Below, one piece after another: positions 19,496-27,956 of a DNA stretch of 64,000 nt (within the stretch, counting starts at the first letter, position 1; each line of letters begins with the position of its first letter). This stretch comes from Candidatus Latescibacterota bacterium. GTDB taxonomy: Bacteria > Latescibacterota > UBA2968 > UBA8231. The position numbers were made by a program, and so were the translations under genes. Location of the stretch: NCBI GenBank assembly GCA_965208105.1, contig OZ242318.1, positions 3,040,001-3,104,000 on the forward strand, written 5' to 3'. The notes under the pieces are model-generated. The model saw nothing but the letters and a program-made list of their open reading frames with translations. It ran no database searches and was not told the DNA's origin.

Positions 19496-20476
19496 ATGCC
19501 CAGACCCCGAGTCCTCGTTACCGTCCACGTGGAATTCGCAGGAGAAAAGCCGGCTATCGCCCTGCTCGAAGAGGCCGGTCTGAATGCGGTGCACGACTAC
19601 GGGGGACCCCACTGGGATGACGAGAGAACCCTGAGCAAACTTGCCGGTTGCGAGGCCATCCTGGCCGGGAACGAAAACTTCAACGCCTACACCCTGGGAA
19701 AAGCGGACCGGCTGAGGATCATCGCGCGCAACGGCGTCGGCTACGACCGGGTAGACCTCGAGGCCTGTACTGAGCGCGGCATCATGGTCGCCAATACACC
19801 GGGGGTAATGGCGGACGCCGTGGCCGATCAGGCATTTGCTTTGATTCTGGCCCTGGTGCGCCATATCGTTTCGGGCGACCGCAATGTCAAAGCCGAAAGA
19901 TACCAGGTGGCGGTGGGAGAAGACCTGGCTGCCTTGTGCCTCGGTTTGTTGGGATGTGGACGTATCGGCACAGAGGTAGCCCGAAGGGCTGCGGGCTTCA
20001 AGATGCGCACGCTGGTGTGCGATCCCTGGGTGGATGCAGCGGAAATTGCTGCGCTGGGCGCCACTTCCGTATCACTGGACCAGCTTCTGCAACAGTCGGA
20101 CGTCGTCAGTCTTCATGTCCCCCTTACAAAGGATAATCAAGGCATGGTCAACGCCGATTTCCTCTCGCGCATGCGGCCTGGATCTTTCCTGATCAACACT
20201 GCCAGGGGAAAATTGGTGGAGGAAGGGGCCCTGATCGAGGCGCTGCAGAGCGGCCGACTGGCAGGAGCCGGCCTGGATTGTCAGGCGACCGAACCTCCTC
20301 AGGGTGTTTCCCTGGATCTGGTGCGGCTCGATAATGTCGTTGCCATGCCCCACTCTTCTTCCAACACCAACGCCGCTCGCAAGGCAATGGGGATGATGGC
20401 CGCTAGAGAAATCATCGCCTGTCTGGAGGGAAGGGTTCCTCCCCATGTGCTCAACAGGGAGGTCCTCGGTGGTTGA
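19496..20476 (+). CDS. D-2-hydroxyacid dehydrogenase (phosphoglycerate dehydrogenase-like)
   Basis: ARNGVGYDRVD, GLLGCGRIG, SLHVPL, LINTARG, EP, PH catalytic motifs. Confidence 0.9.
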   Translation: MPRPRVLVTVHVEFAGEKPAIALLEEAGLNAVHDYGGPHWDDERTLSKLAGCEAILAGNENFNAYTLGKADRLRIIARNGVGYDRVDLEACTERGIMVANTPGVMADAVADQAFALILALVRHIVSGDRNVKAERYQVAVGEDLAALCLGLLGCGRIGTEVARRAAGFKMRTLVCDPWVDAAEIAALGATSVSLDQLLQQSDVVSLHVPLTKDNQGMVNADFLSRMRPGSFLINTARGKLVEEGALIEALQSGRLAGAGLDCQATEPPQGVSLDLVRLDNVVAMPHSSSNTNAARKAMGMMAAREIIACLEGRVPPHVLNREVLGG

Positions 20477-20477
20477 G

Positions 20478-21329
20478 GTGAAGAGTCGGCCAGAGGACGG
20501 ACGCCTCGCCCAATACATCGAGCAAGGCTACACGGTATTTGAAAGCGCATACGACGAGGAAACAATGCGGGCATGGCGCCGGGAACTTCTGCGGCTCGAG
20601 GCCTCCTCTCCGGGAATCCATGCGCAGGGACGGAGTTGGTGGTTCGGCAATATGCTGGAACGGGCGCCGGCATTGATGTGGCCGGCGGTGTCCAACCCGG
20701 TTATCCTCGACTTTGCCGAGCAGATAGTCGGCCCCTTTGTCCAACTCGATAATCTCACCCTGGCGGCCTTCCCGTCGGTGCCCGAGGAGGAAGCCCGGGG
20801 CCGGGTCAGCGGATGGCACCGGGACCGGTGGGCACACATGCCTGCCGGGAACTACGAACGCCCCACGGCACTCAACGCGATCTGCTATCTCCAGGATCTG
20901 ACGGAAGAGTACGGGCCGCTGAGGGTGGTCCCGAAGTCACACATGCAGCCAGTTTCCATTGACGAGGATGCCAGGTATATGCCCCATGCCGGGGAAGCGC
21001 TGATATTCGCCCGGGCTGGGGATATAGTTCTAACGCACAATGGGTTGCTTCACTCGGGTACGCCTAACGTGTCCGGGGAGCGCCGGTTTTTTTTCAGTAT
21101 CTTCTACAATCTGTCCTGGCTCAAGCACACCGACGTTTTTGACGGCCCGAACTGCCGTCAGCTGATCAGCTGGGCAAAGCAGCACAAAGACCACCGCTCC
21201 CTGCGGTTGCTGGGAGTGGACGAGCATCTCCAGGCCCGTGCAAACAGTGGTTTCCAGGAATCCGACGAGGTGCGCTGGGGAAAATGGGCTGCTGAGGACC
21301 GGGAAGCCCTGGTTGAACCGGGGGAATGA
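20478..21329 (+). CDS. phytanoyl-CoA dioxygenase (PhyH) family Fe(II)/2OG oxygenase
   Basis: WHRD (HxD), YLQDL..GPLRVVPKSH, LHSG, distal Arg; GTG start 20469 or 20478. Confidence 0.85.
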   Translation: MKSRPEDGRLAQYIEQGYTVFESAYDEETMRAWRRELLRLEASSPGIHAQGRSWWFGNMLERAPALMWPAVSNPVILDFAEQIVGPFVQLDNLTLAAFPSVPEEEARGRVSGWHRDRWAHMPAGNYERPTALNAICYLQDLTEEYGPLRVVPKSHMQPVSIDEDARYMPHAGEALIFARAGDIVLTHNGLLHSGTPNVSGERRFFFSIFYNLSWLKHTDVFDGPNCRQLISWAKQHKDHRSLRLLGVDEHLQARANSGFQESDEVRWGKWAAEDREALVEPGE

Positions 21330-21460
21330 CCCCGCCCGGCAGGATTTCCTTTGCCATCTCCATACTGTCTTGCGGTGGGGTACTCCCTCCCCGGTTGCGA
21401 TCCCTCTTACTGGTCCTGCCTGCGGCAATTCTTTATCTTGCAGGGAAGGAGAGCAGCTTT

Positions 21461-21916
21461 GTGAAGGCAACGTCCCCTCCTGGACAGTTTGAACCGGTCG
21501 AGCCCGCCATGCTCCACTGGACGATTCATCCCCTCGCCGAGGAACCGCGAGTCAAATCGATTCTGCTGGCCGCCCTCATAATTGGTCTCCCCATCGGGGC
21601 GGTCTTCAGTTTCGATGGCCTGATCCATGGCGTGATCTCCCTGGCAGTGCTCGCCGCTTCCCTGTCCCGCTACTTTCTGCCCACTAGCATCACTCTGGAT
21701 CCTGAAGGGGTCCATACTTCACATTTGGGATGGCGGCGGCAGCGTTCCTGGACGGAGTTCCGCCGGGTGGACGTCCACGAGGACGGTGTCTTCCTCAGCC
21801 CATTTGCCCGTTCCAGCCGCATGGATCCATTCAGAGGGTATTTTCTGACCTTCAGGAGCAACCGCAACCAGGTCACTCGCTTTGTGGAGGAATATGTCTC
21901 GCAAGGAGCGCCTTAG
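21461..21916 (+). CDS. hypothetical two-TM protein with C-terminal PH-like (YcxB-like) beta domain
   Basis: GTG after GAAGGAG; two TM helices then YFLPTSITLDPEGV..RSWTEFRRV..GVFLSPF; start uncertain. Confidence 0.65.
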   Translation: MKATSPPGQFEPVEPAMLHWTIHPLAEEPRVKSILLAALIIGLPIGAVFSFDGLIHGVISLAVLAASLSRYFLPTSITLDPEGVHTSHLGWRRQRSWTEFRRVDVHEDGVFLSPFARSSRMDPFRGYFLTFRSNRNQVTRFVEEYVSQGAP

Positions 21917-22226
21917 AGCGTGGTGGGCGCACGCCTTTGCCACTGAGAGCCGGGAGGAATTCGCCTCCGCCGACCGCCAACTGGTGGAGCGCCTTGCCCG
22001 GTTCGTGGTGCGGCGGCGCATGACCGTGCCGGTGCTCATGGTCCTGGAAACCGGCAGACCGCTGAATTTCATCGGCAGTCAGTTCCTGGCTTTTTTGGCG
22101 CCCTTCCTCACCTTGATCTTCTCGCAAACCGAATACGATCGCTTCGTCAGGCTCCTGGACAAGCGCAAGAGCGTAGACCTGATCATCGATGCCATCGTCG
22201 AAGGGGAAAACGGCCTCCGTGGATAA
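21894..22226 (+). CDS. small conserved-looking hypothetical helical protein
   Basis: GGAGG SD, ATG 21894; overlaps both neighbours; LETGRPLNFIGSQ motif followed by a hydrophobic segment. Confidence 0.75.
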   Translation: MSRKERLRAWWAHAFATESREEFASADRQLVERLARFVVRRRMTVPVLMVLETGRPLNFIGSQFLAFLAPFLTLIFSQTEYDRFVRLLDKRKSVDLIIDAIVEGENGLRG

Positions 22227-24030
22227 CTTGAACGTGGTCATCGCCACCGACTGTGGCAGCACCACCACCAAAGCGATTCTGATTGAGAAGAAGGGAGATA
22301 CCTATCGCCAGACATTTCGCGGTGAGGCGCCGACGACGGTGGAGGCGCCCTTCGAGGACGTAACCCGGGGGGTGCTCAATGCCATCCAGGAGGTGGAAGA
22401 ATTATCGGGTCGGAAGATCCTCGAAGGAGAGCACATCATCACGCCTGCGGTGGGGGGCGAGGGGGTGGACATCTATATCTCCACCAGCAGTGCCGGAGGT
22501 GGATTGCAGATGATGGTCACCGGCGTGGTGCAGTCGATGACTGCCGAGAGTGCGCAGCGTTGCGCATTGGGTGCCGGAGCCATCGTGATGGACGTCCTGG
22601 CTTCCAACGACGGACGGCTGCCCCACCAGAAGATCGAGCGCATTCGACAACTGCGGCCCGACATGGTCCTGCTTTCGGGAGGCACGGACGGCGGCACCGT
22701 AAGCCACGTTGTGGAACTGGCCGAATTCATAGCCGCGGCGGATCCGAAGCCCCGGTTCGGGTCCAGTTTCAAACTGCCGGTAATCTACGCCGGCAACCGC
22801 GAAGCCCGCGATGAGGTAGCCCTTAGCCTGGGAGAAAAAGTTGACCTGACCCAGACCGACAATATTCGACCCGTGCTCGAGGAGGAAAATCTTGGGCCGG
22901 CGCGGAAGGTGATCCACGACCTCTTCCTCGAGCACGTAATGGCCCAGGCGCCTGGATACCGCAAGTTGATGGAGTGGCCCGGCGCTCCTATCATGCCCAC
23001 TCCCGCTGCCGTGGGCCAGATAATCCAGACCGTTTCCAGGAGGCAGGGGATCGACGTTCTCGGAGTAGACATCGGCGGCGCCACCACCGATGTGTTCAGT
23101 GTGTTCGGCGAGGTTTTCAACCGCACGGTGAGCGCCAACCTGGGCATGTCCTACAGTATCTCGAATGTACTGGCCGAGGCTGGGCTCGACGATGTATTGC
23201 GCTGGGTGCCTTTCCGGATCGAAGAATCCGACCTGCGCGACCGAATCAAGAACAAGATGATTCGGCCCACCACGATCCCCCAGGTCATGGAGGAGCTCCA
23301 GATAGAGCATGCCATCGCCCGAGAGGCACTTCGTCTCGCCTTTGCCCAGCACCTCGATCTCGCCGTGGGTCTGAAAGGGGTGCAGACAGAGCGCACCTTG
23401 TCCGATGTATTCGAGCAGAGCGGCGGCGGAGAAAGCCTGATCCGTATGATGGATCTCGACCTTCTGGTCGGCAGCGGGGGCGTACTGTCCCATGCTCCCA
23501 GGCGCGCTCAGGCCGCCTCCATGCTGATTGATGCGTTCCAACCCCAGGGCGTGACCCGTCTGGCGGTGGACAGCATCTTCATGATGCCCCATCTCGGGGT
23601 TCTATCCACCGTCGACGAAAAGGCTGCCTCGGATGTATTCGAGTGCGACTGCCTGATATACCTGGGTACCTGCGTGGCGCCTGTGAGACGCGGCAAGGCA
23701 GGTGATGTGTGCGCCTCCTACGAGGTTGTCCTGCCGGATGGGAAGGAGCGCGGAGAACTGCGCCTCGGCGACCTTCGCCGTTACCATCTGCCCGCGGATT
23801 CCGAGGCCCAGGTCGTGGTGCGGCCGGAGCGCGGTTGGGATGCGGGTGCGGGTCCGGGGCAGGAGCTGCAGACCACCGCGAAGGGGGGCGTTGCGGGGCT
23901 TATTCTGGACGGTCGCGGACGGCCCATTCGATTCGCCCGGGAAGAGGACGAGCGATCGGCGCAGATTGCGGATTGGAACCGGACCCTGGATCTGTACAAC
24001 GAGCTTCACGCCCCTCTCGCCGAAGGGTAA
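22219..24030 (+). CDS. glmL: GlmL/MutL (glutamate mutase L)-family ASKHA actin-fold ATPase, 603 aa
   Basis: Phosphate-1 ATDCGSTTTK, SSAGGGL, LLSGGTDGG, MPTPAAV, phosphate-2 VDIGGATTDVFS, RTV..LGM, adenosine VGSGGVLSH. Confidence 0.85.
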   Translation: MDNLNVVIATDCGSTTTKAILIEKKGDTYRQTFRGEAPTTVEAPFEDVTRGVLNAIQEVEELSGRKILEGEHIITPAVGGEGVDIYISTSSAGGGLQMMVTGVVQSMTAESAQRCALGAGAIVMDVLASNDGRLPHQKIERIRQLRPDMVLLSGGTDGGTVSHVVELAEFIAAADPKPRFGSSFKLPVIYAGNREARDEVALSLGEKVDLTQTDNIRPVLEEENLGPARKVIHDLFLEHVMAQAPGYRKLMEWPGAPIMPTPAAVGQIIQTVSRRQGIDVLGVDIGGATTDVFSVFGEVFNRTVSANLGMSYSISNVLAEAGLDDVLRWVPFRIEESDLRDRIKNKMIRPTTIPQVMEELQIEHAIAREALRLAFAQHLDLAVGLKGVQTERTLSDVFEQSGGGESLIRMMDLDLLVGSGGVLSHAPRRAQAASMLIDAFQPQGVTRLAVDSIFMMPHLGVLSTVDEKAASDVFECDCLIYLGTCVAPVRRGKAGDVCASYEVVLPDGKERGELRLGDLRRYHLPADSEAQVVVRPERGWDAGAGPGQELQTTAKGGVAGLILDGRGRPIRFAREEDERSAQIADWNRTLDLYNELHAPLAEG

Positions 24031-24055
24031 CTTTTCCAGCGAAGAAATCGACGAT

Positions 24056-25183
24056 ATGGCCCATGCCTATACACCCGGCTTGCGGGTGACTCCCTGGACC
24101 ACGATCCAAAGACAACGCCGCCTTCCACTGAAGGGAAATGTGCTCGTCGAAACAGGCGCTCAAGTGCGCCGCGACGAGATTGTGGCCAGGACGGAACTTC
24201 CGGGCAACGTCACCGCCCTGAACCTGGTGAATCGCCTCGGTGTAACGCCTGAAGAACTTCCTGGGTACATGATCGCAGGCCAGGGAGACTCCATCGAGGC
24301 AGGTGACCCCATCGCGGCCACCAGGCCCCTTATCAAGTGGTTCAAAACGACGATTGAATCCCCGGTCAGCGGCACTGTGGAGAGCATATCTTCGGTGACA
24401 GGCCAGGTCATTCTGCGCCAGCGCCCCAGGCCCGTCGAAGTTCTCGCCTACGTCGATGGCGTTGTGGTCGAGGTGTTCCCCGAAGAAGGGGTTCTCGTGG
24501 AGACGAGCGGTGCTTTTGTGCAGGGGATCTTCGGGGTTGGGGGCGAATGCTGGGGGCCTCTGCACCTGGTTGCGTCGGCGCCGGATGAGACGCTGGAGGC
24601 CGCAAATATCGGCGCGGAGTGCAGGGGCAAAATTGTCGTGGGTGGAGGTATGGTAACCAGCGGCGCCCTTGCCCGCGCCCGTGAGGTAGGCGCGGCGGGG
24701 GTAATCGGGGGTGGAATCCGCGACCAGGACCTGCGCGACCTCCTGGGCTACGATTTGGGGGTGGCCATCACAGGCGCTGAAGAATTCGGCCTGACGGTTA
24801 TCGTTACCGAGGGGTTCGGGGATATTGCCATGGCCCGTAAAACCTTTGATATCCTGCAAGCCTGTTGCGGACAGGAGGCCTCGATTTCCGGTGCTACCCA
24901 GATTCGCGCCGGGGTCGTGCGCCCGGAAATCATTGTGCCCGAACGCCGGGAAGCGGGGGATGCGGATGAAAGGTCCGGGCAAAAGGAGAAGGGCATTCAG
25001 AAGGGCGATTTCCTGCGGGTGATCCGGGCGCCCGACTTCGGCCGGATTGGACGCGTTTGCTCCCTGCCTGCCGAACTGGTGGAAGTGGGGTCCGGAGCGA
25101 GAGTCCGGGTGCTGGGAATGGAGTTCGAAGACGGTTCCCGTCTCCTGGTCCCGCGGGCCAACGTCGAGGCGATCGAAGGATGA
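24056..25183 (+). CDS. hypothetical protein with barrel-sandwich-hybrid repeats, alpha/beta domain and C-terminal KOW/SH3-like domain
   Basis: VLVETGAQV, GDSIEAGDPIA..IESPVSGTVESI (RnfC/NqrA-N or lipoyl-like); GDFLRVIRAPDFGRIGRV (KOW-like); VPRANVE C-terminus. Confidence 0.75.
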   Translation: MAHAYTPGLRVTPWTTIQRQRRLPLKGNVLVETGAQVRRDEIVARTELPGNVTALNLVNRLGVTPEELPGYMIAGQGDSIEAGDPIAATRPLIKWFKTTIESPVSGTVESISSVTGQVILRQRPRPVEVLAYVDGVVVEVFPEEGVLVETSGAFVQGIFGVGGECWGPLHLVASAPDETLEAANIGAECRGKIVVGGGMVTSGALARAREVGAAGVIGGGIRDQDLRDLLGYDLGVAITGAEEFGLTVIVTEGFGDIAMARKTFDILQACCGQEASISGATQIRAGVVRPEIIVPERREAGDADERSGQKEKGIQKGDFLRVIRAPDFGRIGRVCSLPAELVEVGSGARVRVLGMEFEDGSRLLVPRANVEAIEG

Positions 25184-25266
25184 GAACCGGCTGGGAAGCG
25201 GCGACGCGCCCATGGCGCGACCGGCGCGGACTATTCCGGCATTCACGGTAGAAAGAAAGCTTGATC

Positions 25267-26451
25267 ATGTCCCGATTGATTTTCCTGCTACTCCTGGGTG
25301 GTGTTTTCTCGAACCCAGCCCAGTCGCTGCAACCGCCAGAGCGATTCGAGGCCTTCGACACGCCCAACGATGCCGGCGGGAGCATTACCCTGACCTGGCC
25401 CCGGTCGTCCTCGGTACCGGCGGGGGAGGTCTATCTGGTCTCGGTGGCCGTCGCGCCGGACGGCCCCTTCTATCCGGCGGCGGAAGTAGATGCAGACGGG
25501 GATCTCGCCTCCGGTGGCGAGGAGGACCGAAACCTTCACCTTGCCCTCGTGAGGGAATTTTTGGTGGGCGAGCGAAAGGTGTCCCTGGAGAACAACAGGC
25601 CCTACTATTTCCGTCTTGGACTGCGGGGTGCGGGCGAGGACTTTCCCGGGGGGTCGACGGTAGAGGCGGAAGCCCGGGGCAATCTGTTCAATTGGCTGAA
25701 GCTGAACAATCTGATCCTGGGGACCTCCTTTTCCCTCATCATCCTGTGTGCCATCGCCTTGGCCCGGCGTCGAGCTCTTTACATTCGGAGAATCGCCGGT
25801 CTCGAAGCCCTGGACGAAGCCCTGGGACGAGCTACCGAGATGGGCAGGGCCGTCCTGTTCATCCACGGCCTGAGAGAAATGGAGCAGATTTCCACCATTG
25901 CCGCCGTAAACATTCTGGGGCGCATCGCCCGGCGCACCGCCGAATTCGATACGGCCTTGCGCGTAGCCAACTCCAACCCGGTGGTCATGGCGGTGAGCCA
26001 GGAAACCGTGAAGGAGGCCTACCTGGAGGTCGGCCGGCCGGATGCCTACAATCCGGACAATATCTTTGTAGCCGGCACAGATCAGTTCAGCTATGCGGCG
26101 GCGGTGGAAGGGATGATGATGCGCGAGCGGCCGGCCGCACACATCATGATGGGTTATTTCTATGCCGAGTCGCTTCTATTGGCCGAAACCGGCTCTACCA
26201 CGGGCGCCATTCAGATCGCCGGGACCGATGCTTTTACCCAGCTTCCATTTTTTGTTACAACCTGCGACTACACCTTGTTGGGCGAAGAACTGTACGCCGC
26301 CAGCGCATACCTCTCGCGCGAGCCCCGGCTTCTGGGCAGCCTCAAAGGGCAGGACATCGGCAAAGGCATGCTGATCGTCGTTATCGTGCTCGGCACCTTG
26401 CTGGCTTGCCTGGATCTTCCGCTTCTGACAAGTTTTTTCAGCGCGCATTGA
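25267..26451 (+). CDS. signal peptide + FN3-like domain + DUF6754-type membrane protein
   Basis: Signal MSRLIFLLLL..AQS; DTPNDAGGSITLTW..YYFRL (FN3-like); IRRIAGLEALDEALGRATEMG, GYFYAESLLLAETG, FFVTTCDYTLLGEELYAASAYLS, GSLKGQD. Confidence 0.8.
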   Translation: MSRLIFLLLLGGVFSNPAQSLQPPERFEAFDTPNDAGGSITLTWPRSSSVPAGEVYLVSVAVAPDGPFYPAAEVDADGDLASGGEEDRNLHLALVREFLVGERKVSLENNRPYYFRLGLRGAGEDFPGGSTVEAEARGNLFNWLKLNNLILGTSFSLIILCAIALARRRALYIRRIAGLEALDEALGRATEMGRAVLFIHGLREMEQISTIAAVNILGRIARRTAEFDTALRVANSNPVVMAVSQETVKEAYLEVGRPDAYNPDNIFVAGTDQFSYAAAVEGMMMRERPAAHIMMGYFYAESLLLAETGSTTGAIQIAGTDAFTQLPFFVTTCDYTLLGEELYAASAYLSREPRLLGSLKGQDIGKGMLIVVIVLGTLLACLDLPLLTSFFSAH

Positions 26452-26461
26452 GGAGGAAGTG

Positions 26462-27118
26462 ATGCTATTCCTGAGTCGAACCCTTCCCGTAATCGTCGCA
26501 TTTGGATTCGGGCTAATCGGCATCGCCATTTACTATATCCCGCATGCCAGTGCGCAGAACCTGGAGAGAGAGCTCGCGTTGTGGCTGCGCATTGTTCTGG
26601 CCTTTGCCTACTTCCTGGGCCTCTACAGCCTGGCGAACTTGCACTGGGAGCGTATCCGTCAGCGCGGTTCCGGCTGGGGCTACAGCCTCGTCGCCTATAT
26701 CAGTTTCGGGGTGATGTTTCTCTTTGTCGTTTTCAACGACGGAAGCGGTCCATTCAAGCCCCAGGCCGAGGCCGGGGGGTATCAATGGCTCTTTCAATAC
26801 GTACACGTTCCCTGCACTTCGACCATGTTTTCCATTCTGGCCTTTTTCATCGCGTCGGCGGCCTATCGCACCTTTCGAGCGCGCACCCCGGAGGCGGCCA
26901 TATTGCTCGTCGCCGCGGTGATCGTCATGCTCGGGCGCGTCCCCATCGGCCGGGCGATTGCCGATATCATACCCCTGGCCTCCGAATGGCTCATGGAGGT
27001 GCCAAACCTGGCTGCCAAGCGCGGCATTCTCCTGGGTGTCAGCCTGGGCGCCATCGCCACCTCGCTCCGCATTATCTTTGGAATCGAGCGCTCCTACCTG
27101 GGAGGAGGTGAGGAGTAA
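26462..27118 (+). CDS. hypothetical polytopic membrane protein (~6 TM)
   Basis: AGGAGG SD; FSILAFFIASAAYRTFRAR, VMLGRVPIG, AKRGILLGVSLG..LRIIFGIER. Confidence 0.8.
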   Translation: MLFLSRTLPVIVAFGFGLIGIAIYYIPHASAQNLERELALWLRIVLAFAYFLGLYSLANLHWERIRQRGSGWGYSLVAYISFGVMFLFVVFNDGSGPFKPQAEAGGYQWLFQYVHVPCTSTMFSILAFFIASAAYRTFRARTPEAAILLVAAVIVMLGRVPIGRAIADIIPLASEWLMEVPNLAAKRGILLGVSLGAIATSLRIIFGIERSYLGGGEE

Positions 27119-27945
27119 TGCAGCGCCTGATGAACATCGACCGCCGCATCATTTTTGTCCTGGTTTTCCTGGGGGTGGCGATACCCCTTCTGGTGGACTT
27201 CTACCTTCCGATCAAACCGACCTCTACGGTCCAGGCGGTCTACGATGAAATCGAGCGGGTGGCCGCGATTGACGAGGGTACGGTGCTGCTGAGTTTTTCC
27301 TACGGCGCCAGTACCGAGCCGGAGATGCAGCCCATGGCCCGTTCCCTGGTCAGGCATTGCTTCAGCCGCGACATAAAGGTGGTTGCCATCTGCCTGTGGC
27401 CCGAGGCCCCGGGTTTGGCCCAGGAGGTGCTGCAAACCACCGCCGCCGAATTCGGCAAGACATACGGTGTCGACTACGCCTTCATGGGCTACAAGCCGGG
27501 CAACTACAGCGTCATTCTCAATATGGGGCAGGACTTCCACGACGCATTTCCCCGCGACGCCTGGGGGGCGCGATCGAATACCGTTCGGTTGACGAGGGAC
27601 ATCCGGTCGCTGCGCGACTTCGACTTTGTCATTGACCTGGCGGCGGGCGATTCGATCGAGTTCTGGTGGATACCCTTTGGACAGGAGAAGTTCGGATTCC
27701 CCTTTGCAGGGGGTTGTACGGCGGTGATGGCTCCGGACCTCTTCCCCTTCCTGCAGTCCCGGCAGCTCATCGGCCTGATCGGAGGCCTGGCAGGAGCAGC
27801 TGAATATGAAATTCTGATGAATCGCCGCGATTCGGCTACCGAGGCGATGCGTGCCCAGTCGATTACACACCTCATCATCATCGCCTTCATTCTGTTCGGC
27901 AATGCCGTCTTTTTTCTGACGCGCCGGCGCAGCGTCCACCCGTAG
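27118..27945 (+). CDS. hypothetical membrane protein, two TM helices flanking an alpha/beta domain
   Basis: GGAGG SD and TAATG overlap; YGVDYAFMGYKPG, GGCTAVMAP, GLIGGLAGAAEYE, MRAQSITHL. Confidence 0.8.
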   Translation: MQRLMNIDRRIIFVLVFLGVAIPLLVDFYLPIKPTSTVQAVYDEIERVAAIDEGTVLLSFSYGASTEPEMQPMARSLVRHCFSRDIKVVAICLWPEAPGLAQEVLQTTAAEFGKTYGVDYAFMGYKPGNYSVILNMGQDFHDAFPRDAWGARSNTVRLTRDIRSLRDFDFVIDLAAGDSIEFWWIPFGQEKFGFPFAGGCTAVMAPDLFPFLQSRQLIGLIGGLAGAAEYEILMNRRDSATEAMRAQSITHLIIIAFILFGNAVFFLTRRRSVHP

Positions 27946-27956
27946 AGGAGGCAGTA

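Noticed and set aside
22219-24030. Reading glmL as evidence of glutamate fermentation, or as DNA-repair MutL
   Set aside because: No mutase subunits or methylaspartase in the window; motifs are ASKHA, not GHKL
25047-26462. 471-aa alternative plus-frame ORF and 448-aa antisense ORF at 23900-25246
   Set aside because: Low-complexity frames overlapping better-supported genes
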